This document shows, piece by piece, positions 39,334 to 49,807 of a stretch of DNA of 64,000 bases. Each line of letters opens with the position of its first letter. Position 1 is the first letter of the stretch. The DNA is from an uncultured delta proteobacterium (GTDB lineage: Bacteria; Desulfobacterota; Binatia; Binatales; Binataceae). A program made the position numbers and the translations under genes. Under the pieces are notes generated by a model, which was not told the DNA's origin, searched no databases, and saw only the letters and a program-made list of their open reading frames with translations. The stretch is from NCBI GenBank assembly GCA_963724765.1, contig CAVRVY010000004.1:64001-128000 (forward strand). The letters are read 5' to 3'.

Positions 39334-40233
39334 TCATTGCGAAGGCGGCGACGGCTGATCGACCGCCCCAGACATGCCTTCCGGCATCCGGGTGCCCGAA
39401 TCGGTATTGGCGAGCTTGAGTTGGGCGGCGGTAAGGCCCACGGCGTTGCGCAAATCGGCGCGGCTGAGGTCCGCGCCCGCCAGATTAGCCCGGGTGAAGT
39501 CGACCCCGTCCATCTCCAGGCCGGTCAGGATGGCGTCCTGGAGGTTGGCGGCCGTAAGGTTGGCGCCGCGCATATTGGCGCCGAGCAAATTGGCCTGCGT
39601 CAGGTTAGCGGCCTTGAAGATCGCGCGTTGCAGGTCGGCGCCCTCGAGGCTGGCCTGGCGCAGTGAGGCCCTCGCAAGGTCCGCATGTCTGAGGTTGGCC
39701 TTGATGAGGCGCGCGGAATCGAGATTCACGAACCACATCGTCGCGCTCTGCATTTGTGCGCCGCTCAGATTCGCGCCCCTAAAGTTGGCGCTGTTAAGCC
39801 TGGCGCCTTGAAGCTGCGCGTCCGTGCAATCGGCTCCCGCGAACCACTGCTGGCTTAGGTCGGCCCCCTGCCAATGCGCGTTGCGGCACAAGGCGCGCGG
39901 CGGGAGCCTGAGCACCGGGATTAGCCGTCCCGCCGAAGCCGTGGAAAGGAATTCGAACGGGGATGCAACGGTCATCGCCGACGAGGCGTCAGACCGCGCC
40001 AGAGGGGCAGGGCAGATGGATCGTCGATGCGCCGGTTTGTGGTCTGCGAGTGGCACGAAGGCGATGACAGTGGCCACGGAAACCGCTGTAGCAAGTATAC
40101 AGGATCGAACCGTGCCGAAACGCGAATCGCAGCACGATCGCCGCTGACTCTCGGCACGGCCTGCTCGCGGGGGAATCGATGTGCCGGGCAATGCCCCCGT
40201 GCCTTCAGTGTTGCGTGTTAGAGAGCCCATCAT
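39334..40233 (-). CDS. Pentapeptide-repeat protein
   Basis: Extended A(D/N)LxxA repeats; start uncertain. Confidence 0.85.
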   Translation of the reverse strand: MMGSLTRNTEGTGALPGTSIPPRAGRAESQRRSCCDSRFGTVRSCILATAVSVATVIAFVPLADHKPAHRRSICPAPLARSDASSAMTVASPFEFLSTASAGRLIPVLRLPPRALCRNAHWQGADLSQQWFAGADCTDAQLQGARLNSANFRGANLSGAQMQSATMWFVNLDSARLIKANLRHADLARASLRQASLEGADLQRAIFKAANLTQANLLGANMRGANLTAANLQDAILTGLEMDGVDFTRANLAGADLSRADLRNAVGLTAAQLKLANTDSGTRMPEGMSGAVDQPSPPSQ

Positions 40234-40366
40234 TGGCGACGCGAACCAGTGGCTGAGCGCCCGCCTGCGTCACCGTAGCACAGAACTCGCTAGAAGGCTG
40301 AAGCGTTCCAAGTAACTGGAGCAGCGTTTAATGTCCACGATGCGCATTGCCGGGGCCGAAGGGCGG

Positions 40367-40405
40367 AAAAGAAACCGCCGGCCCTGCGAGAGCAGGGCCG
40401 GCGGT
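40367..40405 (-). terminator. Rho-independent terminator after the DUF1329 gene
   Basis: 14-bp stem ACCGCCGGCCCTGC/GCAGGGCCGGCGGT with a T-rich tail on the minus strand. Confidence 0.8.
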
Positions 40406-40431
40406 GGCGTTACAGTTGCGCTGCCGGAAAA

Positions 40432-41814
40432 TTACCGGCCGAGGCGCTCCAGCGCTTCCATCGAGCAGAAGTCGCCGAACAGCCGTGGATCATCCTGGGT
40501 GGCATGATATCCGCCGGGAACCGTCTGCGCATAGTAGAAACGCGACATCCGGTTGCTCTGCAGGTCGTGCGCGTGCACGTGCGTCCACATCCAGAACTGG
40601 TCCGGACATCCTTCAATCCACGTCATTCCGGGCTTGCGCTCGTAGTGGTCGAAGCCGCCTTCCCACTGCTTCCACATCTTGCCCTGACGGTCATAGCTGA
40701 TCATGGTGAGCGGGCACAGCGTCGAAGCGTGGTACCAGATCCTTTTCTTGCCGATCGGCGCACGGGGATAACTGGTCGGCTCCATTTCGACCACGTAAAC
40801 CTCAGGCACCAGCTCCATCCGCGTGCGCCAGTACTTGACGCCGCTCTTGCCGCCGCAGGTCTTGTGGATCCAGTTGGGGTTGTTGAGATCGGCGCAGTGA
40901 TGCGCGGAGGTCATCATCGGGCCCTTGCCGACGAGCTTGAAGTTGCCCCAAGTCAGCAGCGGGTCACCGGCCATCCAGTACTCGGTAACGAAGAAAGTGT
41001 TGCCCGGGAACTGCGGCTCGAAGCGCTGGTCGACCGGGTATGTGCGCACGCGCTTCGTGGTCGGCTGATAAACATAATAGCCAGGCAGCTTGTGCTGATC
41101 GTACGCCCACACCTGCAGGATACCGGTGCCCGCGACGTCACCGGGGGCCGTCACGGTCGCGCCGAGGATACGGATCTGGCTCTCGCGGCCCGGCATGTAC
41201 GGTTTCGGGTCGAGGACAAGGCGACCGACCGTCTGCCATTCAACGTAGATGGAGGCATACTGATATTCTACGTTACCGTCAGCATCGGTGTCCCAGTCCA
41301 ACACAGGGTGAGCTATCGTGTCGTGCTTGCCCCAGCTGAGCGAGTTCGCCATCAACACTTCCTGGGCCGATTGCGGCTCAGGGAAGGGGTTGCCGCCGAT
41401 CCAGTCCTTGCCATCCAGCGTATAGCAATTACCGTCGGGGAAGATCTTGTGCTTGCCTTTGTTGGCCAAGGTCGCCTGCAGGAACGGTATCGGCGTCAGC
41501 TTGGTTACGTCCGTCTCAGTCGGTGCGATATCGACCAGCCGGCCGTCGTGCTTGATCTGAAAATAGGCGCCCGGATCGAGCAGGTCCTTGACGATGTCGA
41601 CGTTCTCGGCGTTGAGCACATCCCCCGGTTTGAGCTTGCCCTTGGTGTAGGCCTCGATGGAGAGCAGCTCGGGCGGGTAGGCGGCCTCAAGTGAGCCGTT
41701 ACGCCCGATCACATCCATCAATGGGTTTAACACACCAGCAGCGAAGACGCCTTTGCCGACTTGCTCGAGGAAGTGGCGCCGCGTCCATCCCTCAGTGTAC
41801 TTCAATAAACGCAT
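40432..41814 (-). CDS. DUF1329 domain protein with Tat signal
   Basis: TRRHFL Tat motif, GGNPFPEP, Y.P..KRVR, YDRQGKMWK. Confidence 0.85.
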   Translation of the reverse strand: MRLLKYTEGWTRRHFLEQVGKGVFAAGVLNPLMDVIGRNGSLEAAYPPELLSIEAYTKGKLKPGDVLNAENVDIVKDLLDPGAYFQIKHDGRLVDIAPTETDVTKLTPIPFLQATLANKGKHKIFPDGNCYTLDGKDWIGGNPFPEPQSAQEVLMANSLSWGKHDTIAHPVLDWDTDADGNVEYQYASIYVEWQTVGRLVLDPKPYMPGRESQIRILGATVTAPGDVAGTGILQVWAYDQHKLPGYYVYQPTTKRVRTYPVDQRFEPQFPGNTFFVTEYWMAGDPLLTWGNFKLVGKGPMMTSAHHCADLNNPNWIHKTCGGKSGVKYWRTRMELVPEVYVVEMEPTSYPRAPIGKKRIWYHASTLCPLTMISYDRQGKMWKQWEGGFDHYERKPGMTWIEGCPDQFWMWTHVHAHDLQSNRMSRFYYAQTVPGGYHATQDDPRLFGDFCSMEALERLGR

Positions 41815-42029
41815 GCCTTACGCTCCTTTTTCGGGGGATCCGACCAAGCATCGTCCCCTAATATCTGGCATTAGTTTTAGACTCTTGCAAGGGCCGGCCA
41901 GAACCTCGTCTCCGAGACCTCCCCCAGGCCAATCCCGGACACCATGACACCCGCTTCTCGGGGTGCGGCATAGGGTTAAATGGTCCATAGACTCCTTTTG
42001 TTCCGATCCGGCTCATCTTTTTTTCGCCG

Positions 42030-43706
42030 CTACATTTTGTAAACGGCGCGGAAATAAATCGCGTCGAGCCAGGAGTACGCGCCGAGTTTGGAACCGGTGC
42101 GGAACGGGTCGCCGGCGGGGCCGGTTGCGAATTGCGTACCTTCATCGAAATTCCAGAAAACGTCATATTCCTGGTTCGAAGTCGGCTTGTAGGTGACCGA
42201 CGGCTGCAATAACCAGTTGCCACCTACGTTGGTGTCGCAAAGGGCCACGATGCCGGCGCTCCAGATGTCGTTGGGGAAGGGTTGAGTGAGCGACAGCACG
42301 ACCGTCTGGATGCCCGTGTGGCCAATTGCCGGTTCGTAAATGTCGCTGATGACCGTGCTACGGCTCTTGTAGTTCCACTCGCCGAGCAAATACATCGAGG
42401 GGAACTTCTGGCTCCAGCGGATATATCTTTCCCCGTCCAGCGTCATGTTGATTTCGCCGATTCGCGTCGGTTTGATGGCCGGGTCCACTATGCTAGCCGC
42501 GGTCCAGAATGACTTGTGCGGCGTATAAGCGGCGGAGAAGTGGAAGATGTCGCCGTTGAGGAGGTCCGCACCCAAGAAATCGAGAGTCGGAATTGTGTAG
42601 GAAGCGGATCCGCCGTAGATGAAATCCCGCGAGAAGCGTCGTTGGAGGTTGAGATCGTAGAGTCCGGCCCCCGGACCAAGGAAGGGCTGCCCCGCAAACT
42701 TATCCGGGCTGAAGCCGGCCGGGAGGCCCGGAAGTTTTATCGGCGCCAGCGTGAACCATCCAACGTGATCAGGCGTGGCGTAGAAGTTGGCCGTCAGGTC
42801 GACGCCATATACGGTCGTGGAAGCGACGCCCCCATATACGATCTTGTTGCGCGCCTTGCGCAGGTTGCCGTAGTCGCCGATCGGCTCCGCTGCCGGCTCG
42901 TCGTTTAACTGCTGGCCGAGGCCGTAAAGGTAATCTGGCTGGAAGTCGGGACTGACGAAACCCGTGATAATGGAGTTATTGATTCCCATCTCCGAGAAAT
43001 CGGGAAGCTGGTAGGACCCCTTGGCCGTCCATTCACCGATACGTATGTCTGAGTATTCCAGCGAGGCGATGTCGAAAAAGCCAGGAACGCTAGCGAAGTT
43101 GAGCGAGTCGACCTGGTCGAGCGTCTGCACGCCCAGCTCTTCGCCGTAGACCACCTGCTGCTTGCCCAGACGCAACGCGAAAGGCCCCTTACGTAAATCG
43201 ATATAGGCCTCGTTGGCATCAGCCTCGTACTCGTGTTCGCCGATGTAGGCTGACCATCCATCTCCGGGATACGCCGACTGGCCGGGTGTATGGTACGCCC
43301 CTCGCCCGAACTCGTAGGCGCTTGGACCATTGATAAGATTCGCGGCGTCGCCAAGGAAGCGCAAGTGGACGTAAACGTCGGCGTCGTCGAGACCTATCGC
43401 CTCGGCAACATCATCGCGCGCGCGGAACGTGGCCAGCGAGTCGATCCTGCCGACGGCCGCCTGCACGGAGTCTCCATCTGTGGAATATCCCTGTCCGCTG
43501 CCAGGAATGTTGTTATTGTCGTTGTTGCGATTGCCCCTACCTGCAGTGGAAATGCCCCACTCGGTCTCGAGCGCGGTCTGGATCTTGAGATGGCCGCCGG
43601 GTGTATCAGTGTCGAGTTGTGCCCAGGCCCCGGTGCCAGCAAAAAAGACTAATGCCACCGCCATCCCCATAGCGGCTCCGAGCTTTACCCTGTCAGGCTT
43701 CTTCAT
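42030..43706 (-). CDS. DUF1302-family outer-membrane beta-barrel protein
   Basis: Signal peptide, EAYID....F.LRLGKQQVVYGE, C-terminal aromatic beta strand; adjacent to DUF1329. Confidence 0.8.
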   Translation of the reverse strand: MKKPDRVKLGAAMGMAVALVFFAGTGAWAQLDTDTPGGHLKIQTALETEWGISTAGRGNRNNDNNNIPGSGQGYSTDGDSVQAAVGRIDSLATFRARDDVAEAIGLDDADVYVHLRFLGDAANLINGPSAYEFGRGAYHTPGQSAYPGDGWSAYIGEHEYEADANEAYIDLRKGPFALRLGKQQVVYGEELGVQTLDQVDSLNFASVPGFFDIASLEYSDIRIGEWTAKGSYQLPDFSEMGINNSIITGFVSPDFQPDYLYGLGQQLNDEPAAEPIGDYGNLRKARNKIVYGGVASTTVYGVDLTANFYATPDHVGWFTLAPIKLPGLPAGFSPDKFAGQPFLGPGAGLYDLNLQRRFSRDFIYGGSASYTIPTLDFLGADLLNGDIFHFSAAYTPHKSFWTAASIVDPAIKPTRIGEINMTLDGERYIRWSQKFPSMYLLGEWNYKSRSTVISDIYEPAIGHTGIQTVVLSLTQPFPNDIWSAGIVALCDTNVGGNWLLQPSVTYKPTSNQEYDVFWNFDEGTQFATGPAGDPFRTGSKLGAYSWLDAIYFRAVYKM

Positions 43707-44216
43707 TCGCTCTTCCTCCTCACTTAGCGCTCCTCCAAAATCGCTCGCGGTCCCCATGCGAACTTCCCCGTAAGACCCCGAGCGGCCCAAGCCCTTCCGG
43801 TTCCAAAGGTGCACAGATGGAAGGGCCTAATCAATGCCTTATCATCATAAAACCTCTAAAAGCCAAGGTTTTGTGAACACCCTCTGAAAGGAACGATCAT
43901 AAGCATCAGTAGGCAAATTAATGCTATTGGCGGCAAGGACATCGATCGGTAGAACCGCATCGACAGCGTTTCTCTCTAAAGCTTCATTGGTGAAAGAATT
44001 GGCCGAGGCCGACAGGCCGCACGACGCGCTCGAAACCGCCCGTCCCCACGGGCGGCCTTCGCGTCCCCCAATCGTCAGCGATGCAGCCCTGTCCCCGATC
44101 GAGCCCATCTCTGTCCTTACGTTCGCCTGATGTCCTATGTCGGCGATGACTATCGGCGAAGTCACGGGCGCGCGTCAACCCCCATTGGCGCGCACGATCG
44201 CATAGAGTCTCCGTCT

Positions 44217-46580
44217 CTAATGACTCATCAGCTTAACCCTGCCCAAAAACTTGGGTTTAACAAATACTACTTCGATGGGCAGCACCACCATCGCCAGTAT
44301 GCAGTTGAAGAGCATGACCCACGCCAGCATCCAGCCCATGTCGGCCAGGAAGGCGAGGTTGGAAAAGAAGTACCACGGCAACACGCCGGCGATCATCGTG
44401 AAGGCGACGAAGAAGGTCGCTTCGCCGGTGGTCAGGATGGCGCGCATCACGGCGCCCTGTACGTCGCCGTCGCCGACGCGCTGGAATTCGTCGCACATCC
44501 GGCTGATCAGGTAAATGCCGTAGTCAATGCCGACGCCCAGTCCGACCGCGACCACGGGCAGCGTGTTGACATCGAGGCCCAGCCCGCGCATGTACATCAC
44601 CGCGTCGGTCGAGAACTGTGCGAAGGCCAGCGGCACCAGCAGCATCAGCGCGGCCACCGCCGACGAGTAGGTCACTACGCACATGACAAAGATCGCGGCG
44701 AGCAGGTAAACGAGGATGCGCCAGTTGGACTGGACGACTACCTGGTCCATCGCGTACTGAAGAGCGACCGAACCGGCCGCCATCCTGATGTGGTAGACCT
44801 TGGAGGGTTCACGCAGGATCGGTTCGAGCGCCTTTTGCACGGCCGCCATCGCGGCGTTGACCGTCGTGCTGCGCAAATCCTTGTACCACAGGATTACGTC
44901 GCCGCTTTGCATGTTGGCCGTGGCAAGTATGGCCACGTCCTCCAGGCTGTGGCCGGTCAGGGTCCAGAAGAGATCGGTGGCGACCTCCCTTTCCTTGAGA
45001 TCAACCGGCAGCCAGCCCGGGTCGCCGCCGCGTATCAGCCGGTTGGTGGCGCGCAGGTAGTCCGAGATCGACAGCGTCCCATACGCGCCGTGCATCGCCT
45101 CGATGTTGTGCTGGAAATCCTGCATCGACTGGAAAGTCTCGGGGTACTTGAGCGCGTGCTCGACCTTGCCCTCCCAGACCACGTTGAGCGTCACCGTGCC
45201 GGCCAGGTTCTTGTTGATCTCGGCCTCGGCCTGGTTGAACTCACTGTTGGGCCACAGCAGCGGGGTGCCAACCGTGGTGTTGCCGATCGCGCGCAGGGAC
45301 GAAAGATGAATCACGATCGCCCCCAACACCACCAGCACGCCGAGCGTCGCGAACCGCCATCCGGGCTCGACCAGCTTGGCCACCACTGCCTGAGCGGGCT
45401 CGATCAGATGAGTGCTGACCGAACGCACCTCATGAGTGATGAATACGCTCACGTCCTTGGGCGGCGGCAGCACCGCGAGCAGGCACGGAGTGAGCATCAC
45501 GACCGACGGGATCAGCAGCAGCGACCAGGTTCCGCACAACACGCCGAGTTTCTGGACGATCGGGATCGGCGCAAGGATGGTCATGTACAGACCGGCGACG
45601 TCGCACATGATGCCGAGGCAGGCCGGCGCGAACATCGAGGCCAGCGCGCCGCCGGCCGCCAGGTTCTTGTCTTTGACGTCGTACAGAATTTCGTAATAGC
45701 GCCGCGTCATCTGTAACGAGTGACTGAGCGCGCGCGCGATCAGCAACACCGGCACGACCAGGGTCAGCGGCTCCAGGTTCAGCCCCATCCAACCGCCCGC
45801 GCCAACGCCCCACATGGCTGACAGCGCGCAGGCGATGAGCGGCGTCGCCGCGCCGGCCAAGCTGCGCATGTAGTCGACGTGGGCGATGGTGATGAGCGCG
45901 AAGGAGAGCAGGAAGATCCACGCCGCCTGCTCTCCGTAATAGTAAACCCACCCGATCAACATCACCCGGCCTGCCGGGTAAAACTCGACGTTGGGCGAGG
46001 CCTCCTTGGCCAGCATCTCGTGGACGCGGTTCCACACCAGCATGAAGTCGATGCCGTTTTCGTGGAAGCCGGCCGAGAGCATCGCCGCCTTCTCGTCGGG
46101 CGACACCAGGATGTTGGTCACACCTGGCGCGATGCGCGCGCGGTCGCGCACGGCAATCGCACCCGCCTCGTCCTTGGGCGGCAAGTCGGGCATCACCGGA
46201 ACCGATTCGGCGCCCGCGGGGGTCGCACGCGTGACGCGCACCTTGCTCGAGGCGATGGAGGTGATGGTGACGTGGTCGATGCTGGGGGTGAGGTCGATCT
46301 CGCGGGTCAGACGCCAGATGCGGGCAAGCGTGTCGGGCGTGTAGATAGTGCCTTTCTTGACCTTGATCAGAATCTCAACGTTGATGGGCGTGGAGAACTG
46401 GGAGTATTGCTTGAAGGTGTCGATGACCGTGCTGCGCTTGGGCAGCAGATCGGAAAACGAGGTCCTGAACTCCATCCGCGTGCTGCCGATTATGGCCAGC
46501 ACGGTTATCACCCCGCATAGGATGATGTATTGCCAGCGGTAGCGAATCAGAAAATGAGCGGTTCTTTCACCGACTGCCAT
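44217..46580 (-). CDS. MMPL/RND-family transporter
   Basis: Two RND halves, GLGVGIDYGIY; overlaps the YCF48-like stop. Confidence 0.92.
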   Translation of the reverse strand: MAVGERTAHFLIRYRWQYIILCGVITVLAIIGSTRMEFRTSFSDLLPKRSTVIDTFKQYSQFSTPINVEILIKVKKGTIYTPDTLARIWRLTREIDLTPSIDHVTITSIASSKVRVTRATPAGAESVPVMPDLPPKDEAGAIAVRDRARIAPGVTNILVSPDEKAAMLSAGFHENGIDFMLVWNRVHEMLAKEASPNVEFYPAGRVMLIGWVYYYGEQAAWIFLLSFALITIAHVDYMRSLAGAATPLIACALSAMWGVGAGGWMGLNLEPLTLVVPVLLIARALSHSLQMTRRYYEILYDVKDKNLAAGGALASMFAPACLGIMCDVAGLYMTILAPIPIVQKLGVLCGTWSLLLIPSVVMLTPCLLAVLPPPKDVSVFITHEVRSVSTHLIEPAQAVVAKLVEPGWRFATLGVLVVLGAIVIHLSSLRAIGNTTVGTPLLWPNSEFNQAEAEINKNLAGTVTLNVVWEGKVEHALKYPETFQSMQDFQHNIEAMHGAYGTLSISDYLRATNRLIRGGDPGWLPVDLKEREVATDLFWTLTGHSLEDVAILATANMQSGDVILWYKDLRSTTVNAAMAAVQKALEPILREPSKVYHIRMAAGSVALQYAMDQVVVQSNWRILVYLLAAIFVMCVVTYSSAVAALMLLVPLAFAQFSTDAVMYMRGLGLDVNTLPVVAVGLGVGIDYGIYLISRMCDEFQRVGDGDVQGAVMRAILTTGEATFFVAFTMIAGVLPWYFFSNLAFLADMGWMLAWVMLFNCILAMVVLPIEVVFVKPKFLGRVKLMSH

Positions 46581-47607
46581 TGAGTTGTCCCTCCCAAACG
46601 GCGGCGGGCCCGGCCAACAGCAGAGCGTCGGGGCCGACCGGCATGGCTGACGCAATCCAGTCAAGCCTGACCGGGACGACCGGCATCTCCTGCCACGACC
46701 ATCCGCTGCTCTGATGCTTACCAACCATCAGGAAGCCGGCACTGGTTCCAACCAGTTGACCGTCCGGCGTGCAGGTCATACCGAAAAAGTCGGGCTTGCC
46801 GGGAATCGTCTGGATTTGCCAGTCGGCGCTGCCCTGTTTGACCGCGAGCAAGCCCTGCTGCCCTGACGCGTAAATCGCGCCGCCGCACTTGACCATCGTG
46901 AAGAATGCGGGCTCGACCGGGCCGGCGCCACTGATTCCCGCCGCCGCGGCCGCCTCCTGCACCGGAGTGGCGCCGGCGGGCACTTTGGGCCTGCTCATCT
47001 GGCCGAGATCGCGAATCTCGGTCGCGATACCGGCCTTGACGGTCACTACGGCCTCGTCCTCGCCCACCACATACGCGGTCGTGTCATCGGCAAACACCAC
47101 GCTGTAGAGATGCGGCGTGGTCCCGCCGCTCCAGGTGGTGTTCACCTGATGCCATTGCTTGGAGCCAGCCGGACGATCGAGGATGGTGCCGAAGGAGCCG
47201 GCCGCGACGAACTCGCCCTTGGCGCTCGCCGCCACCGCGAACAGCCGCTCAGTAGTGCCGACGTCGTGGCGGGTCCAGGTGTCGTAGCCCGAGGCCATTT
47301 CGTACAGGCTGCCCGCTTGACCGACCGCGACGCCTTCACCGCTGGGCGCAAAAGCGATCCCGAGCATCGCCATGCCGCCGGTATCGGAGATCGGCTTCCA
47401 GGGCGATTGGGGGGTGCGCTTGACCAGGATGCCGAAGCTGCCGACCGCCCAGGTTTGCTCGCCACGCATAGTGATGCCAAAGACCATGTCGTGTGGCGTG
47501 CCGAGCCACGACGGTGCGACGACAAACGGCGCCGCCGCGGCCGGACCGCTTAGACAGATGCCGATGAGCAGCAGCAACAACGCCGCCACACAGGACTTCA
47601 TTCGCAT
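46567..47607 (-). CDS. YCF48/BNR-like beta-propeller exported protein
   Basis: Signal peptide; repeated AVGxxG.I...W motifs. Confidence 0.85.
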   Translation of the reverse strand: MRMKSCVAALLLLLIGICLSGPAAAAPFVVAPSWLGTPHDMVFGITMRGEQTWAVGSFGILVKRTPQSPWKPISDTGGMAMLGIAFAPSGEGVAVGQAGSLYEMASGYDTWTRHDVGTTERLFAVAASAKGEFVAAGSFGTILDRPAGSKQWHQVNTTWSGGTTPHLYSVVFADDTTAYVVGEDEAVVTVKAGIATEIRDLGQMSRPKVPAGATPVQEAAAAAGISGAGPVEPAFFTMVKCGGAIYASGQQGLLAVKQGSADWQIQTIPGKPDFFGMTCTPDGQLVGTSAGFLMVGKHQSSGWSWQEMPVVPVRLDWIASAMPVGPDALLLAGPAAVWEGQLNGSR

Positions 47608-47906
47608 GCTTTTTTTCCCCAACTGGCCTCGGGATCCCCATCCGAGGTCTTCAACGCCCGCGTGCGTCAAACAGAGAGCCGGTCTTCTCGCGTTAACCGT
47701 CTACACCATCGAAGTTTTTACCTGCGCGGCGCCTGTGTTTGCAGGCTGCGTAATGGTGTAGCGTCGCAAGCAATATAACGGGCCTTGGAATGTTGCAAGT
47801 GCAAATGACGAATTGGTGGCGCAAATTCAACGGGCGAACCGCGCAGGGCAGGAGGCTATCGGAGCGGGCACGACGCTCGGTCGGTCCGACCGCCTGCGCC
47901 GCAACG

Positions 47907-49058
47907 ATGCGCGAAGCCGCGATCAAAACCATGCTGATGACCGCCGTGATGGCAGCGCTGGCCCTGGCGGCGACCTCCGCGCCTGCTCGCGCCGGCACTT
48001 TCAGCCTTACCGGAGAAATCGACCCCGCCCGCCAGTACCATACTGCGACTCTGCTACCCAGCGGCAAAGTTCTGGTCGCCGGCGGCTACGGCAGCGGCGG
48101 CGTGGGATGGCTCATCGACTCGCAGCTCTACGATCCGCAAAAGGGCGAGTTCGTTGAAACCGGACGGCTCATTACGCGGCGCGATGCCCATACCGCGACG
48201 CTGTTGCCCAACGGCAAGGTGCTGGTGGCCGGCGGCGAGGAGGTTAATGAGGGCGGCTTCTCGGTCCTGCTCGCCAGCGCCGAACTATACGATCCGGCAA
48301 GCGGTCTGTTTTCGCGCACGGGCTCGATGCTTACCGGGCGCGAATTACATACCGCGACCATGATGAGCAATGGCAAGGTCCTCATCGCGGGCGGCGAAGA
48401 CGCCAAAGGCTACGCCGTTACTTCCGGCGAAACCTACGACCCGGCACTGGGCTCGTTCATTCCCACCGGAAGTCTGGGCGTTGGCCGCTACGGTCATACC
48501 GCGACCGCGTTGCCGAACGGTGAGGTGCTGATAGCCGGCGGCGAGCGGATCGACGAAGACGGCTTCGATATCGCGCTCAACAGCGCCGAGATCTACAACC
48601 CGTCCACCGGCAGATTTCATCCGACCGGAAACATGCGGGTCGCGCGCAAGCATCATACGGCGACGCTGCTGCGCGACGGCCAGGTCCTGATCGCCGGCGG
48701 CGAGGACAACAACGGCCACGCGCTCGAGAGCGCGGAGCTGTACAATCCGGGCAGCGGTACGTTTCGCACCATCGGGAGGATGATGCGCGCACATGACAGC
48801 GGCACGGCGACCCTCCTCAACGACGGGCGCGTGCTGATCGCGGGCGGCTTCAGCGGCGCAAGCGGCGTCAGCGCCGAGGCGGAACTCTTCGACCCGGCGA
48901 GCGATCGCTTCGAGGACACCGGCAATATGCATATCGCGCGCGAGTTCTTCACGGCGACTCTGCTGAGTGACGGGCGCGTGTTAATAGTCGGCGGTTTCGG
49001 CTTCAACGCCTCCAGCGGTTTCGACGTCGTCGGCCCCTGTGAAGTTTATTCTCCGTAA
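47907..49058 (+). CDS. Secreted kelch-repeat protein
   Basis: Seven R..HTATLL..GKVL.AGG....AELYDP repeats. Confidence 0.93.
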   Translation: MREAAIKTMLMTAVMAALALAATSAPARAGTFSLTGEIDPARQYHTATLLPSGKVLVAGGYGSGGVGWLIDSQLYDPQKGEFVETGRLITRRDAHTATLLPNGKVLVAGGEEVNEGGFSVLLASAELYDPASGLFSRTGSMLTGRELHTATMMSNGKVLIAGGEDAKGYAVTSGETYDPALGSFIPTGSLGVGRYGHTATALPNGEVLIAGGERIDEDGFDIALNSAEIYNPSTGRFHPTGNMRVARKHHTATLLRDGQVLIAGGEDNNGHALESAELYNPGSGTFRTIGRMMRAHDSGTATLLNDGRVLIAGGFSGASGVSAEAELFDPASDRFEDTGNMHIAREFFTATLLSDGRVLIVGGFGFNASSGFDVVGPCEVYSP

Positions 49059-49133
49059 ATCAAGTTCGACGAATCGCGCGCGTGACTATTTCCCATTCGC
49101 CTCCTAAGTCCTCGTGAACCGAAGTTCCTCTTA

Positions 49134-49182
49134 GGGTCATCCTGAACGACGCGCGTCTTCGAGCGGAGTCGAAGGACGACCC
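49134..49182. repeat. REP-like hairpin between convergent genes
   Basis: GGGTCATCCT...AGGACGACCC inverted repeat with a GTCATCCTGA...GAGTCGAAGGA signature. Confidence 0.45.
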
Positions 49183-49198
49183 CAGGAACAAGCCTCGG

Positions 49199-49807
49199 CT
49201 AGGGCGGGGTCGCGGCCGGATTGGGGGCAGCGGCCGCCGGCGGCGCGCTTGCCCGGGGATGCATGACAGGCGCGGGCGTGGCCCGCAGCGCGCGCTCGCG
49301 CGCGGCGGCTTCCGCGGCCTCGTCGCGCTGGGCGGCCGCGGTCATGCGCTCGGCGGCCTTGCGCCCGAGCGATTGCGTTTGCCATTGCGGCTTGCCGATC
49401 TCGGTCCATTCGCCGCGTTGCAGCGCGTAGGTGAAAAGCAGGTATTTGATTCTGCCGGTCGCGATACCCTTGGTCATCTCGCCTTTGTTGGGCACGTATT
49501 CGGCGCCGCCGCACTTGGCATGAACGATGATCCCGCCGCCGCGCCCGCGCACCGGCATGTATTCGAAGCGCTGGCCCAGATCGATGTAGGATTTGCCGTC
49601 GGCATGGCGCTCTTCTTCGGCTCCAAGGTAGAAGCTGAATTCGGTCGAGAGCTTGTCATTGAGCGCCTGGAGTTGCGCTTGCGAAAGCGCCTGCGCTTCG
49701 GCGCGGTGCGAAAACGCAAGGCCGAGCGCGATCGCCGCCACGAAGCATCCGGCGGCCAACGACAGGGTGCGGCGCAGATCGATCGAACCGATCATCGAAC
49801 CGATCAT
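49199..49807 (-). CDS. Secreted hypothetical protein
   Basis: Signal peptide (AEA-Q), ATGA coupling to the VWA gene. Confidence 0.75.
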   Translation of the reverse strand: MIGSMIGSIDLRRTLSLAAGCFVAAIALGLAFSHRAEAQALSQAQLQALNDKLSTEFSFYLGAEEERHADGKSYIDLGQRFEYMPVRGRGGGIIVHAKCGGAEYVPNKGEMTKGIATGRIKYLLFTYALQRGEWTEIGKPQWQTQSLGRKAAERMTAAAQRDEAAEAAARERALRATPAPVMHPRASAPPAAAAPNPAATPP

